A stretch of 64,000 nt of DNA, taken from the NCBI GenBank assembly GCA_951406725.2, contig OX597828.1:39742001-39806000 (forward strand), in the 5' to 3' direction. A program made the translations under genes and the position numbers. The notes below the pieces were generated by a model. The model saw nothing but the letters and a program-made list of their open reading frames with translations, did no database searches and had not been told where the DNA came from. This document shows, piece by piece, positions 38,581 to 52,246 of the stretch. Each line of letters starts with the position of its first letter. Position 1 is the stretch's first letter. The DNA comes from Octopus vulgaris. Lineage: Eukaryota.

Positions 38581-39264
38581 TTGTCATAATAACAGAACAT
38601 CCTGTGCATAAAATGTATAAGTTCATATTCCTGTCTCAAAGAGAAAGCTACATTATCAAACGAAAGTGAAGTAATGATGTGCTTATAATTGTGTTCTATT
38701 GCAATTATGGTCTGTACATTATTGAGGCAGTCTCAGACAAACATGAAGTGAGAATCTAAAAGCGTTTCTCCAGTGTTCTTATTATATCTGAATTGTGTCT
38801 GTGATTCAGCTGTGATGTGTCCATATCAGACCATCACCTTCAAATATATAGTGATCAAAACTCTGTTTAAGTACTGAGTCAATAATTTTAACTTCATTTA
38901 CTTTCAAGAGTTTGCTAAAATATGGGAATATATTTTATTGCTTTTGATGTGTAAATATATCTGTATATTGATTTCAAATTTTGGTACAAGACCAGCAATT
39001 TCAGTGATCAGTAAATCAATTACATTGGCCCTCAGGGCTCAGCTAGTATTTATTTAATCAATCCGGGGAGGGTGAAAAGCAAAGTGACTGGAGGAATTTG
39101 AACTCAGAATGTAGCATTTTGCCCAACACAAAACATTTTCCTTGTTTTGTTAATGATTGTGTCAGCTAGACGCTGTAATATATATCTGTATATTTTATGG
39201 AATTATTCTTAGGTATTAAATATTGCAATTAATTAAGAATTTTCCCTATTGTTCATTTATACAG

Positions 39265-39402
39265 GCTTCAGAGGTATGCCAAGGAAACTGTTAAGATAAA
39301 GGACTGGATAATTCCGAAAGACATTCCTATAGACATATCTATTTATAGCCTTCAACATGACCCTGAATACTGGCCAGAACCACATAAGTTTATTCCAGAA
39401 AG
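39265..39402 (+). CDS. CYP copy B exon 12 (LQRYAKETVKI...HDPEYWPEPHKFIPER)
   Basis: Meander/PERF motif with AG/GT boundaries. Confidence 0.93.
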
Positions 39403-40029
39403 GTAGGTCAAATTATTAAAATTTCTATATAAGAAAACGAAGAAATCCAATATTGATATATTTAAATATAAACTAAATAATAATCAATGAACTTATCTTG
39501 GTAAAGGTTAAAATATATTTGAATAGCCATATAAAATAGTGATTTAAAAAAAAAAAAATCTATATAAAAGCATTCTACATGCATGCATGCACACTCACAC
39601 ACACATAATCACACATGTGTGCATGTGGATGCATAACATGTATGCACATACACACACATTTACCAAGTATCTAATAACCATATAGTTTAGCTATTGTACT
39701 CTACAACCCCAAACCTGCAGATAACATGACTGGGAATAATAACTTTACACTAAAAAATACAAATGTTGTACATCCTCTGATATTTGATGGTCAACTTCTT
39801 AATTTTACTGATCCTGATTTCCAGCATCATACATTCCCAATTCCTCTTCTCTCCGTGCAGAATGACCTTCAATGAAACCCAACTGGCTGCTCTAACTACA
39901 AACATTCTTTCATATCTCCCACATACTTCTACAATTGCTCTGAAAATATATCAGACACTGATATATCCAATCTGAGGAGCCTCTACATCTAAAACTTGTT
40001 ATTATAAAAATACATTTGAGTACCCTCTG

Positions 40030-41344
40030 AAAAGAAACTGCTTTGCTAAAAGCATCATTTACAGATACATGTGATTACCAGAGCATTTAGAGCACAGTTT
40101 AAGCTATCTTTTTGTGGAAGAAGGTATATGTTCGTGTAACCTGTGTTAATTCTGTAACCCTTTAAAATGGCAGATAAGAAAGTTCATTTTCGGCACTTGA
40201 TGCTTTTCTTTTTCCGTAAAGGGGAAAATGCCGCACAAGCAACGAAAGAAATATGCGCAGTTTATGGTGATGTTTCTTTACCTGAAGAGAACTGTACGGA
40301 AGTAGTTCGTAAGGTTCCGAGCTGGAGATTGTAGCCTTATTGATAAAGAGCAAGCTGGCAACCCGTCCACTACAGATGATGACCAAATCAAGTCATTAAT
40401 TGAGAATAACCCACATTGTACAACCCGAGAATTGGCAGAAAACCTCAACCTATCAAAATCCATCATTCATGAGCACCTGGTAAAGCTTGGGTACACAAAT
40501 TGCTACGATGTTTGGGTATCACATGAGTTGAATGAGAAGAACCTTTTGGATCACATTTCCATCTGTAATTCGCATATATAAATGGAATGAAAATGCACCT
40601 TTTTAAAGCAAATTGTGGCAGGTGATGAGAAATGGATTATCTACCGAAATGTTCAGAGAAAGCGATCCTGGAGTAAGTGACATGAGCCACCCTTAGCCAC
40701 CCCAAAAGCGGGTCTTCACTCTAAAAAGTCTTGCTTTGTGTCTGGTGGGATTGGAAAGGAATTCTGTACTATGAGCTTCTCCCAAATAACCAGACAATTA
40801 ATTCTGAGAAATACTGCACACAACTGGACCAGTTAAAAGCAGCAATTCAAGAGAAACATCCAGAATTGGCCAATGGGAAGGGTGCTGTTTTCCAACATGA
40901 TAATGCAAGACCACACGTTTCTTTGGGAACCAGACAAAAATTGCTGTAGCTTAGCTGGGATGTGTTACCCTACCCTCCATATTCACTAGATATTGCTCCT
41001 TCAGATTCCCACTTATTCAGGTCTCTGCAGAATAGTCTTAATGGTAAAAATTTCAATTCCTTGGATGACGTAAAAAGATACCTTGATGAATTCTTTGCCA
41101 TGAAACCACCTCAGGTATAATCCAGATTGCACAACCTGAGAATTGGAAGAAAGCCTCAACCTATCAAAATCCGTGGTTTATGAGCACCTGGTGAAGCTTG
41201 GGTATTTTCAAGTTAAAGGAAAGATGGAGATGCATTGTGTAACAAAATGGTTCATATTTGGTTGCTTAAAAAGGAAATGGCAAGTATTTATTGACCTTTT
41301 TCTTTCCTCTATATATCGGCATGAACTTTCTGGAAAACCCAACA
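40030..41344 (+). mobile_element. Decayed mariner (D,D34D) transposon
   Basis: WVSHELNE, GDEKWI, HDNARPH and YSLDIAPSDSHLF motifs. A 3' TIR-like end lies at ~41316-41344, with a small internal duplication at ~41120-41205. The left boundary is approximate. Confidence 0.88.
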
Positions 41345-41854
41345 TTTTTGTATTTACTTTTACTGTTTTTTACTTAATCTACTTCATTACTTTTCTGCTA
41401 AAACCCTCCTCTTCCTCCTTGTCTGCCTAACATCCTCCTCCTCCTCATCATCATCACTATCATCATTGTTGCTATTGTGATTTTAGTCCAAATCACTTCA
41501 ACTCCTCTCATATTTTTAAGCCCAAATGCACATCAGTTTTGTAGACACTGTTCACTACTAGCATTCTTAACCATACACTGATACATGATTCTCTGCCCCA
41601 ACCTCTCCTTAACCCTTTCAATTCTATTCCCTGTTCTCAATTATCCCTCCTCCTTTTACTATGCACACAACCAATCGCCATTCCTTTTATTTTCACATAC
41701 CTTCCTTCCTTTTCCTATCTACCCTGTACGTCTCTTTATATTCCTCCTTCTGCACCTCCCTTCACCCATATACTTATTCTTCCTCCTAACTCAGTAGCCG
41801 ATTTCTGCTATCCTGGCAATATATATATGTATATATATATATATAATTTAATAT

Positions 41855-41912
<58 letters not shown>

Positions 41913-42028
41913 TATATATATATATATCTGTATGTATGGTGGGGAGTGGGTGGATGGGTGTTAAATAAATTGAGACAATATAACCAATTCTCTGTGGAAT
42001 TTATAGGACGTTTATAAAGGGAAAGGTA

Positions 42029-42076
42029 GTCTTACAACTGTTTCTGGGATATTAGTGATATCCCTTCATCAGAGAC
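42029..42076 (-). ncRNA. Minimal type I hammerhead ribozyme motif (Penelope pLTR type)
   Basis: GUCU-CUGAUGA-A-GGGAUAU-cacua-AUAUCCC-A-GAAAC-AGUU-GUA|AGAC. Confidence 0.72.
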
Positions 42077-42954
42077 AATATGAGAGAGTTAACTAGAGAG
42101 AAATAGTAGTGTTCAATATAAGGCGTTATTTAGGAAAAAAATAAAATTATATCTATACATAGGATGTTGCAGGTCCGTTATCCAAAGAAAGTGCTGTATA
42201 GAATGGGTAGAAATACTTCTTGTGCATGGTATGTAGATTCCAATTGGAGTTCATGTTTTGTTATTACAAGTAGATTGTGTGGAGACATAAATTCCATGTG
42301 TTGTTCATTCAAAGGGGTCTTGTGGTGGGAATGAAATTTTGAGAATGTACTGGTAGGGGTAGGTAGACAGAGACAAGTGAATAGATATATATGTTAGGAG
42401 GAGAATGGTATTAGTCAAAAGGAATAAGGGAAGAAAGACAGAAAGAAAGAAAGAAACAGGAAGAAAAATGGAAAAAAGGAGTGCTAGATGGTGGTCAAGA
42501 TATTGTAAGGGAGATGGGAGAGGAGAGCTATCAGGATAAAAGGAATAGGGGGAGGGATAGAAGGAAGAAATAAGAATGTAAGGAAGGAATATGCATGAGG
42601 ATTGGGAGGTGGGGTGATATGTTTGGAAGGTACTAAGGTGGGGAGATAGGCAAAGAAAATGTTATGGTGTGGGGTGGGGGTAGTAAAGTGAGTAGTAAAC
42701 CTCAAAAACGAGGGAAGAATAAGATATAATGGTCAAGTTTGTAAAAATAGAAGTAGTTATTTATTGTACTAGCTAAAGTGATATTGGGGGCTGATGAATC
42801 AGAGAGAAGAAGCAAGTTATGCATATAGATATTCACATGCACACACATACACACACATGCTTAAAAATGTGTATATGCACTATTATGTAGGCCCACATAC
42901 TTATGTACCTATACCCATATGCATATCTTCATACATACAGATATATATATACAT

Positions 42955-43230
42955 ACTAATACATACACCAACCCTATACATACACACGTCCAGACCCCTC
43001 ATACGCACTTATACTCTCTCATACACACACACACACACTTATACATACTAATACGTACTAATACATACTAATACATACACCAACCCCATACATACGCCTG
43101 TCCAGACCTATCGTACGCACTAATACTCTCTCATACACACACACACACACCCTTATACATACTAATACATACTAATACATACACCAACCCTATACATACA
43201 CACGTCCAGACCCCTCCTACGCACTAATAC
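42955..43230. repeat. ~115-bp tandem repeat, about 2.5 copies
   Basis: atacatacaccaaccc..cacgtccagacc..cgcac.aatact units. Confidence 0.7.
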
Positions 43231-44327
43231 GTGGTCATTTAACCCTATTATCAACCCTATTATCTCCCCTTATTTCGCTCTCGCGTCTCATGTTTGATCT
43301 TTGACTTCTGGCCGAAATCAGATCGCCATGTTGATTCGTTAGTTACTGCACACATTTTTTTTCTCTCCTTCTTTCTGTGTTTTTTCTCTCTGTGTATCTT
43401 TCTGTTGAAGAGCGTAGGCTCGAAACGTTAAAGACTTGTTTTATTTATATTTCCTGAGCGCCATACTAATACAATTGTTTGTTTGTTTTCCACCTGCCTT
43501 CGTCTTTTGTCTATTTTCATAAAGCTTCCCGTTATATATATATATATATATATATCAAAGTGGAGTTGTAAGGTACCACACGAGCGGAATTATATATGAA
43601 AGAAGGTTTGAAAATGCAATTTTAAAAGATGTTTATTTACTTTACCGGTTTCTCTTTTTAGAAAATGATTGTCAAATGATTGCAGTAAATCCCTAAATCA
43701 TCCATAACTTTTGTATTATCTTCTCAAAGTACATCAAAATCTCAGACAATAACAATTAATATCGTATTTATTGTCTGTGAAACTTATACAATACAAAACA
43801 ACTTTGATAAAATATTATACCTACTTTTCTGACGAAAACAATGCCGTTCTAAACATTTTGGCCGCAACTGTATATATATATATATACACACACACATATG
43901 TGTATGTATATATATTTATTATTAAACATTTAAAACATTTAAAATATTTAAACCATTTTGTAGTTTCATTTTATTTAACATATACAGGCTCACACAACAC
44001 CCACATTAGACTCCTCATTAATATTATTATGGAACTGGAAGTCTAACTGTGGCCCTCCTGTAGCATATATATAGCCTTACCTGCTTTAATTATGTTAATA
44101 ATGAGAAATATTTCATTGATGGAGATTTTTATATTTTTATTAACGAATTGCTACATATGTTTTCGCAAGACATGTCTTCTTATGGGACTACCTTACCATA
44201 TCCTTAGGATATTATTAAATATTATTTATAATATCCATGGACCCTTGGCAAGTCCCTTAATTTGACATAGATACTTCTTCAGGAAAATTTTGCCTTAATT
44301 TTATAAAGCATAAACTTAAAGTCTGGT

Positions 44328-44395
44328 CATAGAGTGACCGATAGTTTTGTATCCACAAAAGCAACAGCCTTGTGGACGGCTCATCAGACTCTATG
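44328..44395 (-). ncRNA. Type I hammerhead motif with a G12A lesion
   Basis: CAUAGAGU-CUGAUGA-G..UCCACAAGG/CUUUUGUGGA..C-AAAAC-UAUCG-GUC|ACUCUAUG, with a perfect 8-bp stem I. Confidence 0.65.
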
Positions 44396-44675
44396 CAAAG
44401 ACTAATTTAACTTTTCACCTCACCGAGTTAGAAAAATGCTACAACAAAAAGTTTTGAACAACTAACAGTGAAAAAATGATATTGAGTATGGCTTAGTATC
44501 TATTTTGTGAAGGTCTCTTATTAGCTTAAACAGCAAACTGGAAGACCCAATTTTCCAATCAGTAGTGCTTGAAATGAACACATTTTCAGAAAACTTCTTT
44601 ACAATTAGAAAATTATTATTTTTAAAATCTCACAACATGAGATATTCAGCAACAGTACTTTGTAGTAAAGATTGT

Positions 44676-44903
44676 TTGCCAACATAACATGGCAGTCCTG
44701 GTTTAGGACTAATATTGCTGTAATTTAGTCCCAGAAATCGCGATACACAGATATTGTTTTGAGCTGAGTGGGGATGCTAGATTCTCTTGTTCGAAAACAT
44801 AAGGACACAGATCGTGTCATATAGCCAGCTGGAGATGATGTCTCCTGGGGCTAAATTACAGCAACATTAGTCCTAAACCAGCACTGCCATGTTATGTTGG
44901 CAA
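44676..44903. mobile_element. MITE with ~55-bp TIRs
   Basis: ttgccaacataacatggcagtcctggtttaggactaat ... attagtcctaaaccagcactgccatgttatgttggcaa. Confidence 0.78.
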
Positions 44904-44908
44904 TTAAT

Positions 44909-45105
44909 CTATATTTCTTTACAATTATTTAACACACCAAACTTAGCATACTTTTTAAGAATTTTGGTTCGCTCTACTTTGCAGATCTTACAGCATCTGT
45001 TCCCATTAATATATGGGCCTGGATGTTTTATGATCTTCCACCTGATATCATATGGGATCCCTTGATCACTGAGGTGCCACACATAGCTAGCCAGGGACTC
45101 CAAGG
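44909..45105 (-). mobile_element. Penelope GIY-YIG C-terminal remnant
   Basis: LASYVWHL...YDIRWKII...Y..G.RCCKIC..E...I. Confidence 0.7.
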
Positions 45106-45469
45106 GTTGAGTGGTGGTTGCAGAAGCTTCACTTGAAAGCTGAGCTGGACACTCCGATATATTTACATGTTTGGGTGCTGGCCATATATGCATTCCTTGT
45201 ATATCTTTGGTAGCCTTAAGGCCTGAGGATGTTGTTGGTGTCGCCTGTGGTCATGCGCAAACGTAAACAATATTCACACATAAACACACATAATGCATGA
45301 GCACACACTTTATGCACAAGCACACATTCATGCCTTTAACACACACACACACACACACCTAAAAGCAACACATGCACTCACGCATGCTACTCACATAAAG
45401 CGTATACTCACACATACCTTTGCACATACATACACACATCTGATAACCTCATGCACCCATACATTAGAA

Positions 45470-46690
45470 GCTAGTCTTAAATTCCTCGGTTATAGCTTGG
45501 AGGACCATGATAAACAAGAGGGGGCTAAGAACTGATCCCTGATGGACTCCTGTTTTACACTAAACTACTTGCCATACTCATTGCCGACTCTCACCTTACT
45601 GACAGAATCCCTGTACATGGTTTGTACAGCTCTCACTAATCACTCATCTATCCCTAGTGTCCTCATTGCCCACCAGACAAGGGAATGGGGAACCCAGTCA
45701 AAAGCCTTTTCCATATCAACAAAAGCCAGAATCAGAGGTTCGTTTTTGGCCATGTATTTCTCCTGCAGTTGCCTCATCAGGAAGATATCATCAGTGTTGA
45801 TTCTTCAAAGTATAAATCCAAAGTGCATCTCATCTATGCTAATTCTTTTCCTAATTAATTGAGCTACGTCCCTTTCTGCAACTTTCATCACCTGGGCCAG
45901 AAATTTGATGCCTCTGTAATTATTTCTGCCTAGGGCATCACTCTTGTCTTTGTAGCAGTTGACTATAATATTGCTTCTCTGATCATTGGGCATGACTCCC
46001 ACTTGGACAACCTGATTAACTATACTGGTGACCAAGTCATATCTCACTCTGCCAGATATTTTAAGCATCTCAGCAGTGATTCCTGATGGGCTGAAGGCTT
46101 TCCTGTCTAAATATCCTTAATTGCCTTATCTTCTAAGCTACTGTCAACCAGATGGCTGGTCTCTCTGTTCGGTTCACATTAACTCTTTCGTTACCTATCC
46201 GGCTGAAACCGGCTCTGGCTCTGAGTATAAATGTGCTGTTTTCATAAGTTTTGAATTAAAATCTTCCACCAAACCTTAATCACAATTTATGTTCCTTACA
46301 CTAGCTTAATGATAACTATGTTATTTTACTGAATTCTTTGTTATATTTAAAGTAATTGAAAGAAACACAGAGCATCTCAAAATAAATACAGTAACGAAAG
46401 GGTTAAGCAGGCTCTCCTTCTCCCATGCATTTTCTACATTTAGCAACCTTTCTTAGTGGCACTTCCAAGCCTCCTTCTTTGCAAAATCACTAACTGCAAG
46501 TGAGCCATCATCTATGAGAACACATTGCTCTGCTACCACAGCACGATCTTCTCTGACAATGTTTTGCAATCCAAAATACTTCAAGCTTCTGGTCTTCACA
46601 TCGCAGGCCTTTCTCCTTTCTGCTTCTCCCCTGGCCAAGCATACCTGTCTTCTAACCTCCCTCATAGCTACCTGGTATAGTTCTTTGCTA
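45470..46690 (-). mobile_element. RTE LINE RT fragment, interrupted by a piggyBac MITE
   Basis: YKDKSDAL...NYRGIK and IDEMHFGF motifs, AFVDMEKAFD and GVHQGS-like remnants. Confidence 0.85.
46183..46402. mobile_element. piggyBac-type MITE
   Basis: TTAA-CTCTTTCGTTAC...GTAACGAAAGGG-TTAA. Confidence 0.78.
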
Positions 46691-46854
46691 CAATACAAAA
46701 TACACATAGATGAATAACGATATATTATGCACCTTACAAGGTAAATTCTTGTTCCAAAATTGTATGTGTTTTATATTACTTTTTAGTGTATCAAAAAACT
46801 GTCATGATTTACGAATCATTTGGTATTTTCTAATAACGGTACTCTATTATTCAG

Positions 46855-47017
46855 ATTTGCACCTGAAGCAAAAGACAAATTGAATCCTTATAACTTCTTA
46901 CCATTCGGCATTGGACCAAGAATGTGTATAGGCACAAAAATGGCAAGATTGGAATTTAAGCTTGCTATCGCTACCATAATCAGAAAATATAAATTTGTGA
47001 AATCTCCGAAAACTGAG
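46855..47017 (+). CDS. CYP copy B exon 13, heme-binding (PFGIGPRMCIG)
   Basis: FxxGxRxCxG signature, 163 nt, ttcag|...|gtaaga. Confidence 0.96.
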
Positions 47018-48750
47018 GTAAGATAATACGAATATGAAATCTTAAAATATAAAACAGAGTTTGTGTGTGTGTGTGTGTGCATGGACATATGTTCCTTATG
47101 GATTCGGAAACCTAGTTGCCGATTTTGGCATATGAGGTATCAAATGATTCAGTAATCTTTCATCGACCAAATAAAGTAAGATTTTTGCAACTCTGCCTCC
47201 CTTATCTTTATGTCTAACATCAAGCATAATGAGAAAATGTTTAAAATATTTTACTAGGGAATGAAACTTTGAAGTTATACCGTCAACTTCATTAGTATTA
47301 CTTAGTAGATAATCTAATGTGAAGTACTTTTGTGTTTTGTTTAGCCCAGCGTTACCTCTGATATAGCAGACCCATCGAATATCTTTTTTTTCCTTCCTGA
47401 AATACTGTAGATCTGTGTCTTTCTTTTGATGAAAGGTTGTGTTTTAAGAGAGATTTGGTTGCTTTCTGTAGTAGCACACGTTACTACAGACACATCTGTG
47501 TGCGTGTTTTGTTGTAGTGAAAAAAATACTTTTTCTCAGAATATTTTGCACAATAATTTTGTAAGAAATCTGGACATCTTTCTTATTGCTAACCATTCAG
47601 CTTCAAAAAACAATTGTTAATTGCTGGAAGTCTTGTAGACTGAGATGTACATATACTGTTATCGTATAGATTGGAAGTTCAATATGAAATTTGAACTCGT
47701 TATCTTGTGGTTAGTAATCCATTACCTTAAATTTGAAACCATTAAGTATTTAAACATTATTATACTGGGTTTAGTCTTTTGACTATCACCATGATAGGGT
47801 ATCACCTTCAAAAATGTAATTGACCATACTGAGCTCTGTACGTATTTCAATCTGTTATTTATTTGATAGATCTCTGCTTGATGAACTGCTAACTTTGAGA
47901 CATAATGGGGCACAATACTCGATTTTACAACAAATGTAAACACACACACATATTGAGTGCAATAATGGCAGCGGGTAAAAAGTTTGCTTCCCAGCCACAT
48001 GGTTCTATGTTCAATCCCTCTGTATGGTACCTTGAGCAAGTGTTTTCTACTATAACCCTAGGCCAACCACAGACTTGTGACTGAATTTGGTAGATTGAAA
48101 CTGCAGCATTGTTCATCAGAAAATGACTGAAAAACATGTTTATAAAGATGAGTTGTTTGCTTCATACTCCACATAAGCTGGTTCTGTCCATAAGAAAGGA
48201 ACAAATAATACAATGTAGCTGTAGGTAATAACCCCCCCCCCCCCGGGCAACACCAGGGTACATTGCTTGTATAATGTAATTTCAAACAATGATTTATTGT
48301 TACGAAATGTCAGTTACGAAAGGTGAGTGTAGACAATACAACTGGGAATTGAAACTGGATTGCATGTTGGCTGGCTGAATGCATAATTTATTACTGTACC
48401 CTCAGCCCCACTAGTATAGTTAGAAATGAATTTGTAACCCAACTGGGGACATGGGAAATCGACATTTGAAGTATTAATGCATCTTCCAAAGTGAAGTGAA
48501 TCTTAAGTGTATTGTGATGACTTTGACCATTTGAAATCTAAATTTTGATTGAACAAGGTAAGAATTCTTCTCTTATAAATGAGTTTTTGTAACTGTTATA
48601 AATATTAGAAGATTTCATATTTTGACTGAACCTGAAATTTTAAAGAAATATCATTAGTTGTATGATATTGATTGTCACACTTTATCGTTGATCAACAATT
48701 GAAATATCTTAATGCTCACTGACTTTATTTCCTGGTAATTCTCTTTCTAG

Positions 48751-48825
48751 GTTCCTCTTAAGACAGGAGGGCAAATATTTCTTTATGCAGTGAATGGAAT
48801 ATGGTTGAAGGCTGAAAAGCGATAA
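48751..48825 (+). CDS. CYP copy B terminal exon (VPLKTGGQIFLYAVNGIWLKAEKR*)
   Basis: Acceptor ctttctag, CYP3-like C-terminus, TAA stop. Confidence 0.88.
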   Translation, partial: VPLKTGGQIFLYAVNGIWLKAEKR

Positions 48826-49115
48826 TCTGAAATTTGCCAAAGAAATGCTGTGCTATAATGTTCTTCACATTTCAAACAGTAAAATTAGTTCCTGTAGACA
48901 ACACCAGAATAATTCTTTAACAATATGAATTCTTTTTCTTATACATATATATATACCGTTGTATTTAGTAATGGTCATGTTGCCAGTTTAGCCAATAAAA
49001 ACACATGCACTATATATTTAGTGTTAATTTGCTTCAGCTTTATTTATTTTTTACATTAATCTTAATCTTATTGTGGCGAGATTTATTTCAACCAGAGTTG
49101 CATAACGAATATATA

Positions 49116-49154
<39 letters not shown>

Positions 49155-49380
49155 ATTCTTTATTCATTTATTTGTTTGTCATTTGACTGCGGCCATGCTG
49201 GAGCACGACCTTTAGTCAAAGAGATTGACTCCAGGATTTATTCTTTGTAAGCCCAGTACTTAATCGATCAGGCTCTTCTGCTGAACTATTAAGTTACAGG
49301 GACATAAACACATCAACATCAGTTGTCAAGTTATGGTGGGGGAGACAAGCACAGACACACAAACAAATATATATATAATA

Positions 49381-50299
49381 CTAGCTGAGGTACCCGGTAA
49401 TTTCCAGGAGAGCGGGGCTTATCTCTTGGTTCTGTTCGCATAATTGTTTCGCTAATCCAGTAATAACAATACAAAGTATGTTGCCCTTAATATGTTTCTT
49501 GTGCATTTATTGAGAATACCGAACTGTCTTACACAAGATCTTGTTTTTAGGAATTCCCAATAAGTTATGAATACCCAAATTGTGAAGTCAGTTATGTAAT
49601 AACATGAAATTAATTACCCGATAGTAAGAATTCAAATAAAGTAGCCCCGAAAAGGGCCTTAATGCATTCCCAGAGTATATAGAACTTTGGAGGAAATACT
49701 AATAAGGTATGTATACTAAAATCATGAAGCATATTATATAATAACAGGCTAATCTGATATGAGATAATAACAATTCAAAGTAAATAACTCTGAAAAAAGC
49801 TTTTGTTTTCCCAGAGAATATTACCCTCAGCGGTGCTAGTGTTGGTATATTCATGAATAAGTCACTAAACAAAATAAGTTGATCTATTGTTTAGGAAATA
49901 CTATTTACTTGTTTAAGCATTGTAGTGGATAAATTGTGAAAATAACTCAAATAGTTCAAATACTATGAAATAAGCACACTTAATTTGATTTTTATGAAAT
50001 AATTTATGAACATGAATGGGTCATTTCCCATGGCTATATATAAGAATCCCTTTCAGGAGCAAATGGGTTATTTTCCCTTGGATGTTTAAAAATAATACAT
50101 TAGTTATATGTAGTAAAGGGAATCCCTTCCAAGGGCCCTATTATCGACTTTTTTTCAACAATCAAAGTATGTCACAAGTTTTCCAGACCTGAGTTCTACT
50201 CACACGTCAGGTTGCATAGAAATCGATAAAACAATGTTGGAGGAGTTAGATAACAAACCACAAACAAACACACCTACAGATTTCCACATATGTAGTAGA
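49381..50299 (-). mobile_element. Non-autonomous Helitron downstream of copy B
   Basis: The + strand reads A|CTAG...GA|T, with a subterminal hairpin (cccggtaatttccagg). Confidence 0.7.
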
Positions 50300-51199
50300 T
50301 ATGTATGTATATATATATATATATATATAGATGTGTGTGTGTGTATACAACCAGGGTTCTATATGCAAAGTTGGACCTCCCATAAACAAATTTTGTCCCC
50401 AACTCTGAATATGCATTGCTGAAATCGGGGTATGTCTTATACAACCCTGTGTTTTTTCATGTCAACAAATACTGTAATTAATGGAAAGGGAAATAACTCT
50501 GAGTAGCATTGACCACAAACTAGATAAAATCTCCGAGCGGTTTCAATGCACAAGTCTGTGATGTCCAAGTGACTAAAAAGCGTTAGCAGAAGGGTAGCCA
50601 GGAGTCATGATATGGATGCAGCCAGGCCCCCTTTACATTGTAAGAAGTTAAGGATCAAAACTCTTGCCTGGAACGAGGTTTCATCTCTGAAGACCTTCTG
50701 TTGCTCAGCTCTCTTCAGGGTTTCTTACATCATCATCATCATCATCTGAGAAATTCTTAATAGCAACAATAGTTGTTATTGTTGTTGCTACTTCTATGCA
50801 GTTCTTGTTGGTGATGCACATCCACAGGATTTGCAGCCAGTGAGACTATTGGTGTTGCAGTTATTTTTATGTATAATGGTTTTTATATTGAGTGTTTTTA
50901 TGATAGAAAAGAAGGACAAAATCAAGACAGAATTGGAAGCACATTGTGACCAGCGATGTATAACAGTGTATGATGGTCTGGTCGATACTGATATGTATAC
51001 ATATACACACACATACACAAACTAGTCTTCCTTTTCTATTGGACTTTCCTCTGTTTCTGAAGAAGAGCTTTGCTCAAAACAAGCCCTCTTTGTTTCCTTC
51101 CCTGAGCATATGCTAATGCTATACATGTACCAAATCCTCACGTTGTTGACTTTTTGTGCTTGTTGTTTGTTTTATTTTGAATTTAATAGTTCTCTTGCT

Positions 51200-52082
51200 T
51201 GTGTGGCATGGTGCAGAGTCCTGTTGCCAGACAGGGTCTTCCACCTACCACCCTCTTAACACTGGGCAGCACTACCTCTTCCAGGCACTTGCTGTAGGTA
51301 TCCATGTTGAGTGTGAGGCTGTGTGGGAAGATAAATGGAGGCACAATGTCACCATCACTACTGATCATTCCAAACTCCATGATGTTGACTGAATGTTTGA
51401 TTTTTATCACTCTCGGTACATGATTAGGGACACAACAAACAGTTGTTCTGTGTGCTCACCATCTGATTCTGGCAGAAATTTTTTTGTCTGAGAAAAACCA
51501 AAGCATGTTCGTTTAGAGGGGATGCTTATGTTTGTCTCAAAGCTTCATAGGTCTTTTCTCTTGTCCTTGATGGCTTGGGATAAAAATTGGCCCTTTCTCA
51601 CCTTGTATGAGGAATATCAAATGTCTTCATGCATTACCTGCTTGATAAGAAACTCAGACACTCTCATGTCACTGGCGATGGACCTGATTAACATGGAGGG
51701 ATCGTTGTCAATCATGGCTGGATCTCACCAAACAATTCAGGAGTTCTTTTCTTATCAGAATGATCAGAGTGAATTTTCCAAGCTGCCGTACCTTTGTAAT
51801 CACCATTAGACTTCTCCAACTCTTTGCGAATCTTTTGCACTGTCCTCAGGTTGACATCCAAACACTCTGAAATGTTTGTATTGGAGCTTCCAGCATGAAT
51901 GCCTACCATTACAGCATGTTGTTTCCAAAATTCTGGCAGAGAGAATTGCTTCATGGTGCTGTTTTTCTCACAGATGGTGCCTAACTGACCCTACTATACT
52001 GTGTAGTTGACAAAATCAAAACCAAACAATGCACATGTGCAAAATCAAAAATATAAGATGGCAACACTTTACTCATCACACC

Positions 52083-52087
<5 letters not shown>
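51200..52087 (-). mobile_element. Decayed Tc1/mariner of maT (DD37D)-like type
   Basis: ISSDGD..PPFIFPH.L.LN...Y...LEEVVLP, a frameshifted WQQDSAP.H, an N-terminal HTH, and a TACAGGGTG TIR at TA. Confidence 0.75.
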
Positions 52088-52148
<61 letters not shown>

Positions 52149-52205
52149 GTGTGTGTATATATATATATATATGTGTATATATATATATATATGTGTGTTT
52201 ATATA

Positions 52206-52245
<40 letters not shown>
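52086..52245. repeat. (TA)n/(TG) microsatellite; similar tracts at 14848-14953 and 41820-41928
   Basis: Seen directly. Confidence 0.95.

Positions 52246-52246
<1 letters not shown>

Larger units (their letters stand above)
19087..48825 (+). pseudogene. Clan-3 cytochrome P450 (CYP3A-like) gene, copy B; probably disabled
   Basis: 13 phase-consistent coding exons carry the TM anchor, PGP hinge, WxxxR, ExxR, PERF and FGIGPRMCIG heme motifs. Lesions: Helitron in exon 5, exon 6 not found, ATAAGT donor after exon 10. The exons found total 1465 nt; adding an 89-nt exon 6 would give 517 aa. Confidence 0.85.

Noticed and set aside
43400-43436. CTGTTGAAGAGCGTAGGCTCGAAACG and the related 51055-51082 string
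   Set aside because: These are probably decayed pLTR hammerheads, but core positions are mutated and stem III is unclear, so they are not called.
48994-48999. AATAAA as the CYP poly(A) signal
   Set aside because: It is plausible, but the motif is too common in AT-rich DNA to call without transcript data.
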